DNA of 64,000 nucleotides from an uncultured Actinomycetes bacterium (GTDB lineage: Bacteria; Actinomycetota; Thermoleophilia; RBG-16-64-13), in NCBI GenBank assembly GCA_963706025.1, contig CAVPLM010000005.1, positions 416,001 to 480,000 on the forward strand, in the 5' to 3' direction. The position numbers and the translations under genes are program-made. The notes beneath the pieces are model-generated. The model was not told the origin of the DNA. It ran no database searches and saw only the letters and a program-made list of their open reading frames with translations. This document shows positions 48,715 through 58,925 of the stretch, one piece after another; within the stretch, counting starts at the first letter, position 1; every line of letters begins with the position of its first letter.

Positions 48715-49086
48715 TCACCAGCCCAGCTCGTCCAGACGCTCGTCGTCGATCCCATAGTAATGCGCGATCTCGTGGATGACCGTTTGACGCACTTGCTGCT
48801 TGATCTCCTCGTCGTCGCCGCGGGCCACCGCCTCGATGGGTTTCTGATAGATAGAGATACGGTCCGGGAAGGACATGTAGAAGACCCCCCGGTCGGTCAG
48901 GGGCACGCCGTGGTACAAGCCCAGTAGCGAGTATTTCGCCCTGGGCGACAGCCCGGCGGCCGCCAGGTCTTCGGGCGTCGGCCATTCCTCGATATCCACC
49001 TGGATGTTCTCGAGCCCGTCGAGGAACTCCTCCGGCAATGACTGCATCGCCTCAGAAACCAGCTCCGCGAAGGCGTCAAGATCCAT
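48715..49086 (-). CDS. zincin-like metallopeptidase (DUF1025/Zincin_1)
   Basis: LLGLY.GVPLT.R, PDRI.IY..PI, HEIAHY.GIDD. Confidence 0.88.
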   Translation of the reverse strand: MDLDAFAELVSEAMQSLPEEFLDGLENIQVDIEEWPTPEDLAAAGLSPRAKYSLLGLYHGVPLTDRGVFYMSFPDRISIYQKPIEAVARGDDEEIKQQVRQTVIHEIAHYYGIDDERLDELGW

Positions 49087-49711
49087 CGCCGATAACCCCT
49101 TCTTCCCTCAGACGCGCGAGGAGAGCTCTCGCAGCCGCCCCTCGATGCGAGACGCTGTCCTTGTCCGCAGGGTCGGCCTCGGAGAGAGTCTCCGCCCATC
49201 CGAGTGGTTCGAAGATCGGATCGTACCCGAAGCCATCGCTACCACGGGGGGAGAGTGTGATGGTCCCCTCCAGCAGTCCCTCTGCTGCGGAAACCCGCGG
49301 AGTCGAGCCGGGACCGGGCTGGAGGGGCGGAAGGATGAGACACAGTGCGCACACGAAGCGCGCGGTCCGGTCCTCATGCCCGGACAACTCCGCCAGAAGC
49401 TTCCGTACGTTGTCTTCGTCAGAGGCATGATCGCCGGCGTAGCGGGCGGACCGTACCCCTGGACTGCCGTGTAGCGCCGCCACCTGTAGTCCGGAGTCGT
49501 CCGCCAACACGCCTGTTTCACCCCCGAGGGCGGCGAAGACCGTGGTGGCTTTCAGCCGGGCGTTCTCGGCGAAAGTCTCTCCGGTCTCCTCGGGTAGGGG
49601 GATCCCCGCAGGCACTGTACGCAAGTCGAAAACACCCTCCAGCAGACGCGCGAACTCTCGGGCTTTTCCCGGGTTGCGCGTCGCGAGGACTACCTTGGGA
49701 GGGGCGGTCAC
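49076..49711 (-). CDS. rdgB: non-canonical purine NTP pyrophosphatase
   Basis: LATRNPGK..E, ENA..KA, DDSGL, GFGYDP.F, SHRG. Confidence 0.95.
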   Translation of the reverse strand: MTAPPKVVLATRNPGKAREFARLLEGVFDLRTVPAGIPLPEETGETFAENARLKATTVFAALGGETGVLADDSGLQVAALHGSPGVRSARYAGDHASDEDNVRKLLAELSGHEDRTARFVCALCLILPPLQPGPGSTPRVSAAEGLLEGTITLSPRGSDGFGYDPIFEPLGWAETLSEADPADKDSVSHRGAAARALLARLREEGVIGDGS

Positions 49712-50472
49712 GGCCGGGACATGCTCCCGGTTCCGCCGGTGTATGCCTGGGCGACCACTTCCATCTGAGCCGCCTTGATCTCGGCGATGCCCTTCTGAGC
49801 CAGGTCGAGCAGTTCGTCGAGCACGTGCCGCTCGAACGGATCGGTCTCCGCGGTCGCCTGGACTTCGATCAAACGCCCGTTCCCGGTCATCACGACGTTC
49901 ATGTCCACCTGGGCGACGCAGTCCTCTTCATACTCCAGGTCCACCACCGGCATCCCCCCGACCACACCCACGCTCACAGCGGCTACGGAATCGTTCAGAG
50001 GCAGTGACCGGAACAGCTTGTTGTCCACCGCTCGCTTCAGAGCCAGATGAAGGGCGATGTAGCCCCCACTCACGGCCGCACAGCGGGTGCCACCGTCGGC
50101 TTCCACCACGTCGCAGTCGACATACACCGTGCGCTCGCCGAGGGCCGCAAGCTCGACCACAGTGCGCAGGCTCCGTCCGATGAACCGCTGGATCTCGATT
50201 GTCCGCCCCCCTTGCTTGCCTCGGACCGCTTCCCGCGGAGTACGCTCCCGAGTGGAACTGGGCAGTAGGGAGTACTCGGCCGTGACCCATCCTGCGCCGC
50301 TTCCTCGTCGCCAACCGGGGACACCGTTGACCACCTGGGCCGTGCAGAGAACACGCGTGCCGCCTAGCTCCAGAAACACCGACCCATCGGCCGTGCGCAC
50401 GAAGTCCGGGGTGATCTTCAGGCTCCGCATCTCAGCGGGACCCCGCGTGCCGGCTCCACTTCTTCCGCTCAT
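49708..50472 (-). CDS. rph: ribonuclease PH
   Basis: GWVTAEYSLLP, GRTIEIQR.IGRSLR, ADGGTRCA, DL.Y.ED, DMNVVM. Confidence 0.95.
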   Translation of the reverse strand: MSGRSGAGTRGPAEMRSLKITPDFVRTADGSVFLELGGTRVLCTAQVVNGVPGWRRGSGAGWVTAEYSLLPSSTRERTPREAVRGKQGGRTIEIQRFIGRSLRTVVELAALGERTVYVDCDVVEADGGTRCAAVSGGYIALHLALKRAVDNKLFRSLPLNDSVAAVSVGVVGGMPVVDLEYEEDCVAQVDMNVVMTGNGRLIEVQATAETDPFERHVLDELLDLAQKGIAEIKAAQMEVVAQAYTGGTGSMSRP

Positions 50473-51285
50473 ATCTGGGTCACCTCTCGGATAGGCAGTT
50501 GGAGGAAGCGCATGCCCACTTCCCTGAACTCCTCGCTGTCCCCGGTCGAGAAGAACTCGATAGGCGCCTTCCCGCCGAGGGCCGTTACCGATTGCTTTGC
50601 GCTCCAGAAGCTCCCGGACCTCCCTGGCAGTCTCCTCGGCGGAATCGATCAGGGCGACCTCGGGACCCAACAACCGGCGGAGCATCGGCGTTATCAGGGG
50701 GTAATGGGTGCATCCCAGGATGACCGTGTCGACCTCGGCCTCTTTGAGGGGAGCCACGCATCCGCGGGCGGCCTGCTCCGTCTGTTCTGAGAACACGTCG
50801 CCTTCCTGGATAAGGGGAGCCAGGCGTGGACACGCGACCGGGAACACCTCCACCCCGGCATCGAGCGTGTGGAGGGCGTGCTGGTAGGCGTTTGAGCGCA
50901 CCGTAGCTTCCGTGGCCAGCAGCCCCACCCGCCGGTTCCGCGTCTCCTGGGCTGCCGCGCGGGCTCCCGGCATCACGACCCCGACGATAGGCGTGGAATA
51001 GGCGGTCTGCAGTTGGGAGAGCGCCGCGGCCGCGGCGGAGTTGCAGGCGACGACAACCAGCTTGACCCCTCTTGCCACCAGGAAGCCCACGGCGGCAAAG
51101 GCCAAATGACGAACTTCGGCCAGAGACTTCGAACCGTAGGGGAAATTGCCCGTATCGCCCAGGTAGACGAAATCCTCATGAGGCAGGTTCACCAGACATT
51201 CGTGCAAGACCGTGAGGCCGCCGACCCCAGAATCGAAGACTCCAACGGCACGTGTGTCGGGGATGGGCGCGTCTGGTGCAGTCAT
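50469..51285 (-). CDS. murI: glutamate racemase; +1 frameshift near 50560 makes an artefactual fusion with rph
   Basis: FDSGVGG, PYG, ACNSA, LGCTHYP; the true C-terminus EFFSTGD..EF....RFL is in the shifted frame and ends in an ATGA overlap. Confidence 0.94.
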
Positions 51286-51360
51286 CGTCAGCCGATTCTA
51301 CCAGACCCTGCCTGCATCCCCGCTCGAATCCGGCCGCGCCGCCGCGGCGGCTACCGGGCC

Positions 51361-51669
51361 CTACTCCGTGTAGACGCGCACGCCCGGGTACTTGCAGGCG
51401 TAGCTGGGAACAAGCGTATTGAGCCGGGCCACGAGATTCCCGGCCAGCAGTCCGTCAAGAGCGTGCTCAACTGCGGGTTCCGGACACGAGACTCTGGCCA
51501 CTATCTGTTTCTGTGTCAGCCCGGCCCCGGCCTGTTGTAGACAGTCGAGAACCTTCTTCTGTTCGTCAGTCAGCTTTGCAAGCGAGGAGGCGGACGTCGT
51601 GTCGCCGTCTCCGACGAGTTTCTCCGCCGGCTTGTCCCGGTGCTGGTCGGCTCCGGTCTGCCGCTTCAC
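51361..51669 (-). CDS. small winged-helix-like hypothetical protein
   Basis: LTDEQKKVL..L....GLTQ..I......VE.AL..L...LV pattern; SD present. Confidence 0.6.
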   Translation of the reverse strand: MKRQTGADQHRDKPAEKLVGDGDTTSASSLAKLTDEQKKVLDCLQQAGAGLTQKQIVARVSCPEPAVEHALDGLLAGNLVARLNTLVPSYACKYPGVRVYTE

Positions 51670-51744
51670 TAGGGCCCTCCTTCCCGGCGCCCAAACTCGC
51701 GCCAGTGCGGTCCTTAGAGATAGCTTGCCCAGGCGTAATCTGCT

Positions 51745-52983
51745 TCAAACGTCAAGTGCCTCAGCGTTGTCGCTGCCTCGGAAGAAGAAGAGCGAGATCA
51801 CGATCATGAGTGCTGAGACCAGCCAGATCACGGCGTACTCCCGGCCGTCTTCCGCGAATGTGGCGGTGATGTCGATCGCCACGCCGGCAATGATAGGTCC
51901 AAGGATGTTGGCGAAGCCTCTCGTCATGGAGAACATGCCGGTGAACTGTCCGATGTGTTCCTTGGGCATCAGTTTGATGAGAATAGCGTACGGCAGTGTG
52001 AGGACAATCGATCCCCCCAAGCCGAATATGGGTAGGAAGATGAAGGCCCACTTGATGTCGGTGAGAAACACGCCCAGGATGCAGCCGCCCAAATAGATCC
52101 AGAGACCGATACGCATGATCCGAACTCGCCCGTATCTGTCGGCCAGGTACCCGCTCGAAACCCCGGCGATCATGTAGGTGACTCCGACCAGACCGAGGAG
52201 GAGGGCACCTACCTGCTCGGTCGCCCCCAGCGTGTAGATGAAATAGAGCATGATGAAGGGGCGCAGGGCGGCCAGAGTGGACTCCCACAGAAAGCTGGCG
52301 ACCATGAAACGCTGGATGCCCTTGGTCTGGCGGGTCGATTGCCACACCCGCTGGATCTCGACCCAGATGCTTGCACGCGGGGGCAGAAGGAGGTGCTCAG
52401 GTTCCGGTTCCTGGATCTTCACGACAGTCAGATAGGTGAAAACCATGATGAGCAGGCTGCAGAGGATGAACGGCAGTGGCTTCCAGCGGTAGAAGAGGAA
52501 TCCGGCCACGACCATGCCAAGAAACATGCCTCCTCCGCGCATGAAACTCTGGAATCCCTGCGCCCGGCCCTGGACGTTCGATGGAGTGACGTCGGGCAGC
52601 AGCGACTGATAGGGCGACGTGTAGAAATGATATGCGGCGAAAAACACGAAGGTGGAGACGGCGATGGGCACGTATCCCGGTTGGAAGGGGGCCAGCATCA
52701 AGGCCGCGGCCATGAAAGGAGCGGCGAAGATCATGAACGGCTTGCGCCGGCCCCAGCGCTTCGTCCAGATGCGATCGCTCATGACGCCGGCCCACAAGGG
52801 GATCAGAGAGGAGAAGATCCCTTCCCCACCGATCGCGAACCCTATCAGCGTGGCCGACGAAGTGAAGCGTTTTAGGATAAGGGGGAGATAGGTGGTGACC
52901 AGCGAAAGGCCGGTAGCAAAGCCCAGCGTCGGCAGAGTCAGGATCAGCAGGAACCTGACGCCCACCTTTTGCTCGCTACTCAC
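51745..52983 (-). CDS. MFS transporter (sugar/GPH-like)
   Basis: About 12 TM helices, SDR..T.RWGRRKPF, LADRYGR. Confidence 0.9.
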   Translation of the reverse strand: MSSEQKVGVRFLLILTLPTLGFATGLSLVTTYLPLILKRFTSSATLIGFAIGGEGIFSSLIPLWAGVMSDRIWTKRWGRRKPFMIFAAPFMAAALMLAPFQPGYVPIAVSTFVFFAAYHFYTSPYQSLLPDVTPSNVQGRAQGFQSFMRGGGMFLGMVVAGFLFYRWKPLPFILCSLLIMVFTYLTVVKIQEPEPEHLLLPPRASIWVEIQRVWQSTRQTKGIQRFMVASFLWESTLAALRPFIMLYFIYTLGATEQVGALLLGLVGVTYMIAGVSSGYLADRYGRVRIMRIGLWIYLGGCILGVFLTDIKWAFIFLPIFGLGGSIVLTLPYAILIKLMPKEHIGQFTGMFSMTRGFANILGPIIAGVAIDITATFAEDGREYAVIWLVSALMIVISLFFFRGSDNAEALDV

Positions 52984-53283
52984 ACTGCCGCACCCTTCCG
53001 CCTCCTAAAGCATGCTTCGAAGGACTTCAAGGCCCTCGTTCAGTGTAGGCCAAACCGGATTCTACCAAAGGGGCAAGCGGCAGCGCGAATGGGCACGGCC
53101 TTCCGGAGTCGAGACCCGCCGGGGGGCTCGCGATCCCCGGGAGAGCCTGTGCTATCCACGGGTCGGCGCATGCGCGAGGCCGACGTCAGGTCAGGCGGGG
53201 CGACCCGCGCAAGATCTATCCGTGTCCGGGTGCGAGAGGTCCGCCGCCTCGCCCCTCATCCCTCAGGTGTCTCGCGAAGCGCT

Positions 53284-53871
53284 TCAGCGGGCAGCGGCGT
53301 AGTTCGCAGCCACGAAGTCCCAATCGACGAGATTGCTGAGGAAGGTCTCCACATACTTCGGCCGAAGATTGCGGTAGTCGATGTAGTAGGCGTGCTCCCA
53401 GACGTCCACCGTAAGCAGGGCGGTCTGCCCGTGCTTCAAGGGGAGGTCGGCGTTGCCTGTCTTCACGATCTTGAGGCTGCCGCCTTCGACCACTAACCAG
53501 GCCCAGCCGGAGCCGAACTGGGTGACGGCCGCCTGAGTAAACTCCTTCGCGAAAGCCTCGTACGACCCAAAAGCCTCGTCCATGGCCTTGGCCAGTTCTC
53601 CACTGGGCGCTCCACCGCCGCCCGGCTTCATGCATTTCCAGTAGAAGCTGTGGTTCCACACCTGGGCCGCGTTGTTGAAAACGCCTCCGTCCGAGGCCAG
53701 GATGATCTCCTCGAGAGTGCTCGCCGCTAGGTCGGTGCCCTCGATCAGACCGTTCAGGTTCGTGACGTAGGCGTTGTGATGCTTGCCGTGATGGTATTCG
53801 AGCGTCTCTTCGCTGAGATAAGGGGCAAGGGCGCCCTTGGCGTAAGGCAGGTCGGGCAACGTGAAGGCCAT
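53284..53871 (-). CDS. sodB: superoxide dismutase, Fe-type signature
   Basis: HHGKHH, FNNAAQVWNH, FGSGWAW, DVWEHAYY. Confidence 0.95.
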   Translation of the reverse strand: MAFTLPDLPYAKGALAPYLSEETLEYHHGKHHNAYVTNLNGLIEGTDLAASTLEEIILASDGGVFNNAAQVWNHSFYWKCMKPGGGGAPSGELAKAMDEAFGSYEAFAKEFTQAAVTQFGSGWAWLVVEGGSLKIVKTGNADLPLKHGQTALLTVDVWEHAYYIDYRNLRPKYVETFLSNLVDWDFVAANYAAAR

Positions 53872-53912
53872 GACGGTCTCCTCCTCCAGGCGTTGATGTT
53901 TCCGTGTGCGAC

Positions 53913-53964
53913 TTACCCGGATGGAAGGGCCTCTGAAACCTGCTCGCCCCTGAAACCTGCTCGC
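53913..53964 (-). promoter_or_regulatory. candidate SigF/SigB-type promoter with 15-bp direct repeat
   Basis: GGTTT-N17-GGGTAA; CTGAAACCTGCTCGC at 53933-53947 and 53950-53964. Confidence 0.5.
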
Positions 53965-54004
53965 GTCTGGGACCTGCCCGGTCCTGAGACCCTCGCGGCG
54001 CGTG

Positions 54005-55339
54005 TCAGCCGGTCAGTTCCCGCTTTCGTAGGAACGATCGGATGAAGTCCGAAAGCCTCGGCTCGCCCCGCTCGGCCAGCTCGTAACTCACCTGTACCAG
54101 AGGCTTGTCTACCTGGATGAGGCTCTTCAGAGAGAAAGGCGTGGCGCTCACCACCACGTCCGCCGGCACCGCTTCGACGGTTGCCTCGAGATCTCGCAGT
54201 TGGTCCTGGTAGTAGCCCAGGGCTGGAAGGATCGGCCCGAGATGCGGGTAGGCGGCATATGTTTCCGCCAGGTGCCCCTGAGCAAACGGCCGGGGATCCA
54301 CCAACTCAGCCGCCCCGAACTCCCGCGCCGCTTCCACTCCCGCTCCGGTGGCCATGCCCCCATGGGTGAGAGTGGGGCCGTCCTCCACCACGAGGACCCG
54401 CTTGCCTCTTATCTGCTCACCTCCCGGGACGCTTATGATCGAGTCGGTCTGGACGATCACCGCCTCCGCGTTCACCCTCCGGATGTTGGCCACCACCCGA
54501 TCGACATTCTCCCGCGGGGCGCTGTTCACCTTGTTTATCACCACTACCTTGGCTCGCCGCACGTTCACCTCACCCGGGTGATATGCCAGTTCATGCCCAG
54601 GCCTGAAGGGGTCCACGATCACTATCTCCAGATCCGAGCGCAGGAAGGAGAAATCGTTGTTCCCTCCATCCCAGATAATGATGGATGCCGCCCTCTGAGC
54701 TTGCTCGACGATCGCCTCGTAATCCACCCCCGCCCAGACCACCAGGCCGCGACGGATATGCGGCTCGTAGTCCTCTCGCTCCTCCACCGTTGCTTGATGG
54801 CGGTCGAGATCCTCGAGGGTGGCGAACCGCTGAACTTTTTGCCGCACCAGGTCCCCATAGGGCATGGGGTGACGAATGATCGCCGGTCGTAGGCCCTCGA
54901 CGATCAACAGATCGGCCACGAATCGCGAGGCCGGGCTCTTGCCGGCACCGGTGCGCACCGCGAGAACCGAGATCACCGGCACCGAGCATCCCACTTGGGT
55001 GCTTTGCGGGCCCAGCATGGTGAAGTCGGCCCCGGCGGCGAGGACCCGGGAAGCTTGATGCATCACATACTCGTGGGCCACGTCGCTATAGGCGAACACG
55101 ACCTCGTCGATCCTCTCCTTGCGTATAAGGTCATCGAGTGAGTCCTCCGGAATGACCGGAATGCCCTCGGGGTACAGGGATCCGGCCAACTCGCGGGGGT
55201 ACTGGCGCCGGTCGATGCCCGGAATCTGGGTGGCCGTGAAGGCGACGACTTCGGTCTGGGGATCGTTCCGATAGACCACATTGAAATTGTGGAAGTCGCG
55301 CCCTGCCGCGCCCATGATCACCACCCGCTTCCGCTCCAC
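54005..55339 (-). CDS. COG2403-type P-loop protein (cyclic 2,3-diphosphoglycerate synthetase-related; arginine synthetase ArcE-like)
   Basis: IMGAAGRDFHNFN, AFTATQIP, AVRTGAGKS, RHPMPYGDL, EEREDYE, WDGGNND, EDGPTLTHGGM. Confidence 0.8.
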   Translation of the reverse strand: MERKRVVIMGAAGRDFHNFNVVYRNDPQTEVVAFTATQIPGIDRRQYPRELAGSLYPEGIPVIPEDSLDDLIRKERIDEVVFAYSDVAHEYVMHQASRVLAAGADFTMLGPQSTQVGCSVPVISVLAVRTGAGKSPASRFVADLLIVEGLRPAIIRHPMPYGDLVRQKVQRFATLEDLDRHQATVEEREDYEPHIRRGLVVWAGVDYEAIVEQAQRAASIIIWDGGNNDFSFLRSDLEIVIVDPFRPGHELAYHPGEVNVRRAKVVVINKVNSAPRENVDRVVANIRRVNAEAVIVQTDSIISVPGGEQIRGKRVLVVEDGPTLTHGGMATGAGVEAAREFGAAELVDPRPFAQGHLAETYAAYPHLGPILPALGYYQDQLRDLEATVEAVPADVVVSATPFSLKSLIQVDKPLVQVSYELAERGEPRLSDFIRSFLRKRELTG

Positions 55340-55421
55340 GCCAACCTCCTCGTCATTCGCGGTGACGTTCGCTCGCGATTATGGCTGAGGCCCCTCCCGT
55401 TAGGAAGGAGCCCCCGCGGTA

Positions 55422-55855
55422 GCAGCCCTGTAAGCCGGATTCTGTCCTATGGGCTGCTGGGACATGACCCCCGGCCTCCAGAATGCACTGGACGCACCCT
55501 GCGGGCGAAGCGCCATGTCCCAGCAGCCCACTTGGGTAGCCATCTATCTGTGGCCGACCGTTGCCGGACGGCTCATGCGACCAACCCGAAGGCATCGGGC
55601 GAGCAGCCCTCGAACGCCTCCCTATTCGGCCTTGCACCGGGTGGGGCTTGCCTGGCCGCTGTGTCACCACAGCGCCGGTGCGCTCTTACCGCACCATTTC
55701 ACCTTCGCAGCCGGATGAACCGGCGTGCTGTGTAATTTCTGTGGCGCTTTCCCTGGGGTTTCCCCCGCTGGACGTTATCCAGCACCCTGCTCTACGGTGT
55801 CCGGACTTTCCTCAAGAACCCGCCTTTGGCGAGTCCCTGCGACTACCCGGGCTGC
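55422..55855 (-). ncRNA. rnpB: RNase P RNA (type A)
   Basis: GAGGAAAGTCCGG and ACAGAATCCGGCTTA conserved regions; P1 GCAGCCC/GGGCTGC; -10 TATACT at 55862-55867. Confidence 0.97.
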
Positions 55856-55895
55856 ATATCGAGTATACCAGTATGCAGTCCCGGCAGGTCGGCCC

Positions 55896-56909
55896 CTACG
55901 AGCCCGCTTTCCAGTCCGCGGGGATGGGGAAGGGCTTGGCAAAATGGCAGGCGGCTCGATGACCGATGGCCACCTCGTTGAACGGCGGCTCCTCCTCTTT
56001 GCAGATCGGGAACTGCGCGATAGGGCAGCGGGTGTGGAACCGGCACCCACTGGGCGGATCGATGGGGCTGGGCACGTCGCCGCGCAGGATGATGCGGGCC
56101 CGCCGCCGCTGTTTCTCGGGATCCGGTACAGGGGCTGCCGAGAGCAGTGATTGCGTGTAGGGGTGGTTGGGGGTGTTGTAGACCTCTCGCCAGCCGCCGA
56201 GCTCTACCACCTTCCCTAGATACATCACCGCCACCCGGTCGCAGATGTGGCGGATCACGGCTAGGTCGTGGGCGATGAACAGATACGTAAGCCCGAACTC
56301 CTCCTGCAGCTCCTCGAGCAGGTTTATGATCTGCGCTTGGATGGAAACATCCAGAGCCGAGACCGGCTCGTCGCATACGATCATCTTGGGCCGGAGCATG
56401 AGGGCCCGAGCGATGCCCACCCTCTGCCTCTGGCCGCCTGAGAACTCGTGCGGGTAGCGATGGATGTGCTCGGGATTCAGGCCCACCACCTGCAACATCT
56501 CCTTGCAGCGCTCCTCGCGCTCCTTGCGCGTGCCAATGCCGTGGATCACGAGAGGCTCGGACATTATCTCGCCGAAGGTCATGCGCGGATTGAGGGAAGC
56601 ATAAGGGTCTTGGAAGATGAATTGGACGTCGCGGCGGAAGGCCTTGAGGCGTCCTCGCTTGAGAGCCCTCACATCCTTGTCCTCGAAGCGGATGGTTCCC
56701 GCCGTAGGCTCGAGAAGCCGGATGATACAGCGCCCGGTGGTCGACTTCCCGCATCCCGACTCCCCTACCAGGCCGAGGGTCTCCCCCTGCGCCACCGAGA
56801 AATTAACGTCATCGACCGCCTTGACCGTGTCACCGAGCCGCGAAAAGATCACTCCCTTGCTCACCGGGAAGTGCTTCGTCAGGCCCTCGACCTCCAGGAG
56901 CGCGGTCAC
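55896..56909 (-). CDS. oppF: oligopeptide ABC transporter ATPase
   Basis: [42 protein letters not shown]. Confidence 0.93.
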   Translation of the reverse strand: MTALLEVEGLTKHFPVSKGVIFSRLGDTVKAVDDVNFSVAQGETLGLVGESGCGKSTTGRCIIRLLEPTAGTIRFEDKDVRALKRGRLKAFRRDVQFIFQDPYASLNPRMTFGEIMSEPLVIHGIGTRKEREERCKEMLQVVGLNPEHIHRYPHEFSGGQRQRVGIARALMLRPKMIVCDEPVSALDVSIQAQIINLLEELQEEFGLTYLFIAHDLAVIRHICDRVAVMYLGKVVELGGWREVYNTPNHPYTQSLLSAAPVPDPEKQRRRARIILRGDVPSPIDPPSGCRFHTRCPIAQFPICKEEEPPFNEVAIGHRAACHFAKPFPIPADWKAGS

Positions 56910-57946
56910 TTCGCCCCGTCCCCTGAAGCGCTCCCCACGTAGCAGGCGCGATTCTCGAACCGGGCGATGAAATCTGGATCGCCGGCGAAATGGCAGGATG
57001 AGTAGTGCCCAGAGTCCAGCTCAACCAAGGGAGGCACCTGGCTGCGACACAAGGGCTGCGCGTGGGCGCAGCGGGGACTGAACGCGCACCCGGCCGGCAG
57101 ATTGATGAGGCTGGGAGGTTGACCCTTGATGGGGCAAAGCGCGCCCTTGTCATCGACGTCGTGGCGCGGCAGGCTCTCGAGGAGGCCCCACGTATAGGGG
57201 TGTATGGGTCTGTAGAAGACATCATAGGCCTGACCGAACTCGACCGCCTTGCCACCGTACATCACGAGGATGTGATCGGCCATATCCGCCACCACCCCCA
57301 GATCGTGGGTGATCATGATGATGGCCGACTCGGTGCGCTTCTGGATCTCCTCCATGAGCTCCATTATCTGCGCCTGGATGGTGACGTCGAGAGCAGTGGT
57401 GGGCTCGTCGGCGATGAGGATGTCGGGACCGCAGGCGAGGGCCATCGCGATCATCGCCCGCTGGCGCATGCCCCCCGAGAACTCGTGGGGGTAGTTGCGC
57501 GCCCTCTCCTCTGCTTGGGGAATCCCTACTTGATCGAGGAGTTCGACGGCGGCGGCCCAGGCATCGCTCTTGCTCATGTTCTTGTGTATCCGCAGAGGCT
57601 CGGCGATCTGCTTGCCGATGCGATGCACGGGATTGAGCGAGGTCATCGGGTCCTGGAAGATCATAGCTATCCGGTTGCCCCGGAGCTGGCGCTGGTCCTT
57701 CTCGGACATAGTCAGGATGCTCTCTCCCTTGAAGCGGATATCGCCGCTCACTACCTTGCCCGGAGGTTCAGGCACCAGCCGCATGATGGAAAGCGCCGTG
57801 ACCGACTTGCCCGAGCCCGATTCTCCCACCACGCCCAGAGTCCCGCCGGCTTCCAGGGTGAAGCTGACCCCATCGACGGCCTTGACCACGCCGTCGCGGG
57901 TGAAGAAATGCATATGTAGGTCGGCCAGTTCGAGAAGCGGGGGCAC
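56906..57946 (-). CDS. oppD: oligopeptide ABC transporter ATPase
   Basis: [33 protein letters not shown]. Confidence 0.93.
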   Translation of the reverse strand: MPPLLELADLHMHFFTRDGVVKAVDGVSFTLEAGGTLGVVGESGSGKSVTALSIMRLVPEPPGKVVSGDIRFKGESILTMSEKDQRQLRGNRIAMIFQDPMTSLNPVHRIGKQIAEPLRIHKNMSKSDAWAAAVELLDQVGIPQAEERARNYPHEFSGGMRQRAMIAMALACGPDILIADEPTTALDVTIQAQIMELMEEIQKRTESAIIMITHDLGVVADMADHILVMYGGKAVEFGQAYDVFYRPIHPYTWGLLESLPRHDVDDKGALCPIKGQPPSLINLPAGCAFSPRCAHAQPLCRSQVPPLVELDSGHYSSCHFAGDPDFIARFENRACYVGSASGDGAK

Positions 57947-57948
57947 TA

Positions 57949-58917
57949 CTACTCCTTCAGCTTGACATCGAGGGCATCGCGCAGACCGTCACCAAGCAGC
58001 ACGAAAGCCAGCACCGTGGTTAGGATGGCCAGGCCCGGATAGATCATGAGCCAGGGCGCCGTGAACATGAACGAACGAGCTTCGGAAAGCATGAGACCCC
58101 AGGAAGGCGCCGGCGGCTGCACGCCCATCCCCAGGAAGCTCAGGGCGGCCTCGGTAAGAATGGCCCCTCCTACACTCATGGTCGCATAGACGATGATCGG
58201 AGAGATCGAGTTCGGCATCAGATGCCGGGAAAGAAGACGAGTGGTCGATGCCCCCATAGCCCGGGCGGCGTCCACATACTCGTTCTTCTTGATACCCAGA
58301 ATGGAGCTTCTGAAGACCCGGGCGATGCTCGGCCAGCCCAGGATGCCGATGGCGAGGAAGACGTTTTGGAAGCCCTTGCCCAGCACGGCGATGAGAGCGA
58401 TGGCGAACAAGATATACGGGAAGGCAAAGAACACGTCGGCCGTACGCATGATCAAGCTGTCCCAGATCCCCCCGTAGTAGGCGGAAATGGCCCCCAGCAC
58501 CAGGCCGATCACGACCATGATGAACACTGCCACCACACCCACGACGAGCGACACCCTGGCGCCATAGATCACCCGGGAGGCGACGTCGCGCCCCAGTTCG
58601 TCGGTACCGAACGGATGATCCGGAAACGACGGGGGCAGAAGATCCTGCTCGGCCACGGTGGTGCTATCGATAGCAATGGGATCGCCCAACCAGTAAGGAA
58701 CCCAGAGATCGGCCGTGACCGCGATCAGGACGATGATGATGATCCAGATGAGTCCAGCCACGGCCAGCTTGTTCTTGCGCAGGCGCCGGATCGCATCGGC
58801 CCGGAGAGTTCGGCCTTTGCCGGCAAACGTCTCGACGTCGCCGATGGCGATGTCCGCCGGGCCACCGTCAGGCACGGAGACCGGCGGGGCGACAGGCTCC
58901 GACGGGTCCCTAGCCAC
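57949..58917 (-). CDS. oppC: oligopeptide ABC transporter permease
   Basis: HPFGTD.LGRD, YGARVSL, EYVDAARAMGA, EAALSFLG. Confidence 0.93.
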   Translation of the reverse strand: MARDPSEPVAPPVSVPDGGPADIAIGDVETFAGKGRTLRADAIRRLRKNKLAVAGLIWIIIIVLIAVTADLWVPYWLGDPIAIDSTTVAEQDLLPPSFPDHPFGTDELGRDVASRVIYGARVSLVVGVVAVFIMVVIGLVLGAISAYYGGIWDSLIMRTADVFFAFPYILFAIALIAVLGKGFQNVFLAIGILGWPSIARVFRSSILGIKKNEYVDAARAMGASTTRLLSRHLMPNSISPIIVYATMSVGGAILTEAALSFLGMGVQPPAPSWGLMLSEARSFMFTAPWLMIYPGLAILTTVLAFVLLGDGLRDALDVKLKE

Positions 58918-58925
58918 TTGTCACC

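Noticed and set aside
49708-51285. Apparent 525-aa MurI-RNase PH fusion
   Set aside because: An extra C near 50560 diverts murI. The shifted frame gives a normal MurI C-terminus ending in an ATGA overlap with the rph start, so the fusion is an artefact.
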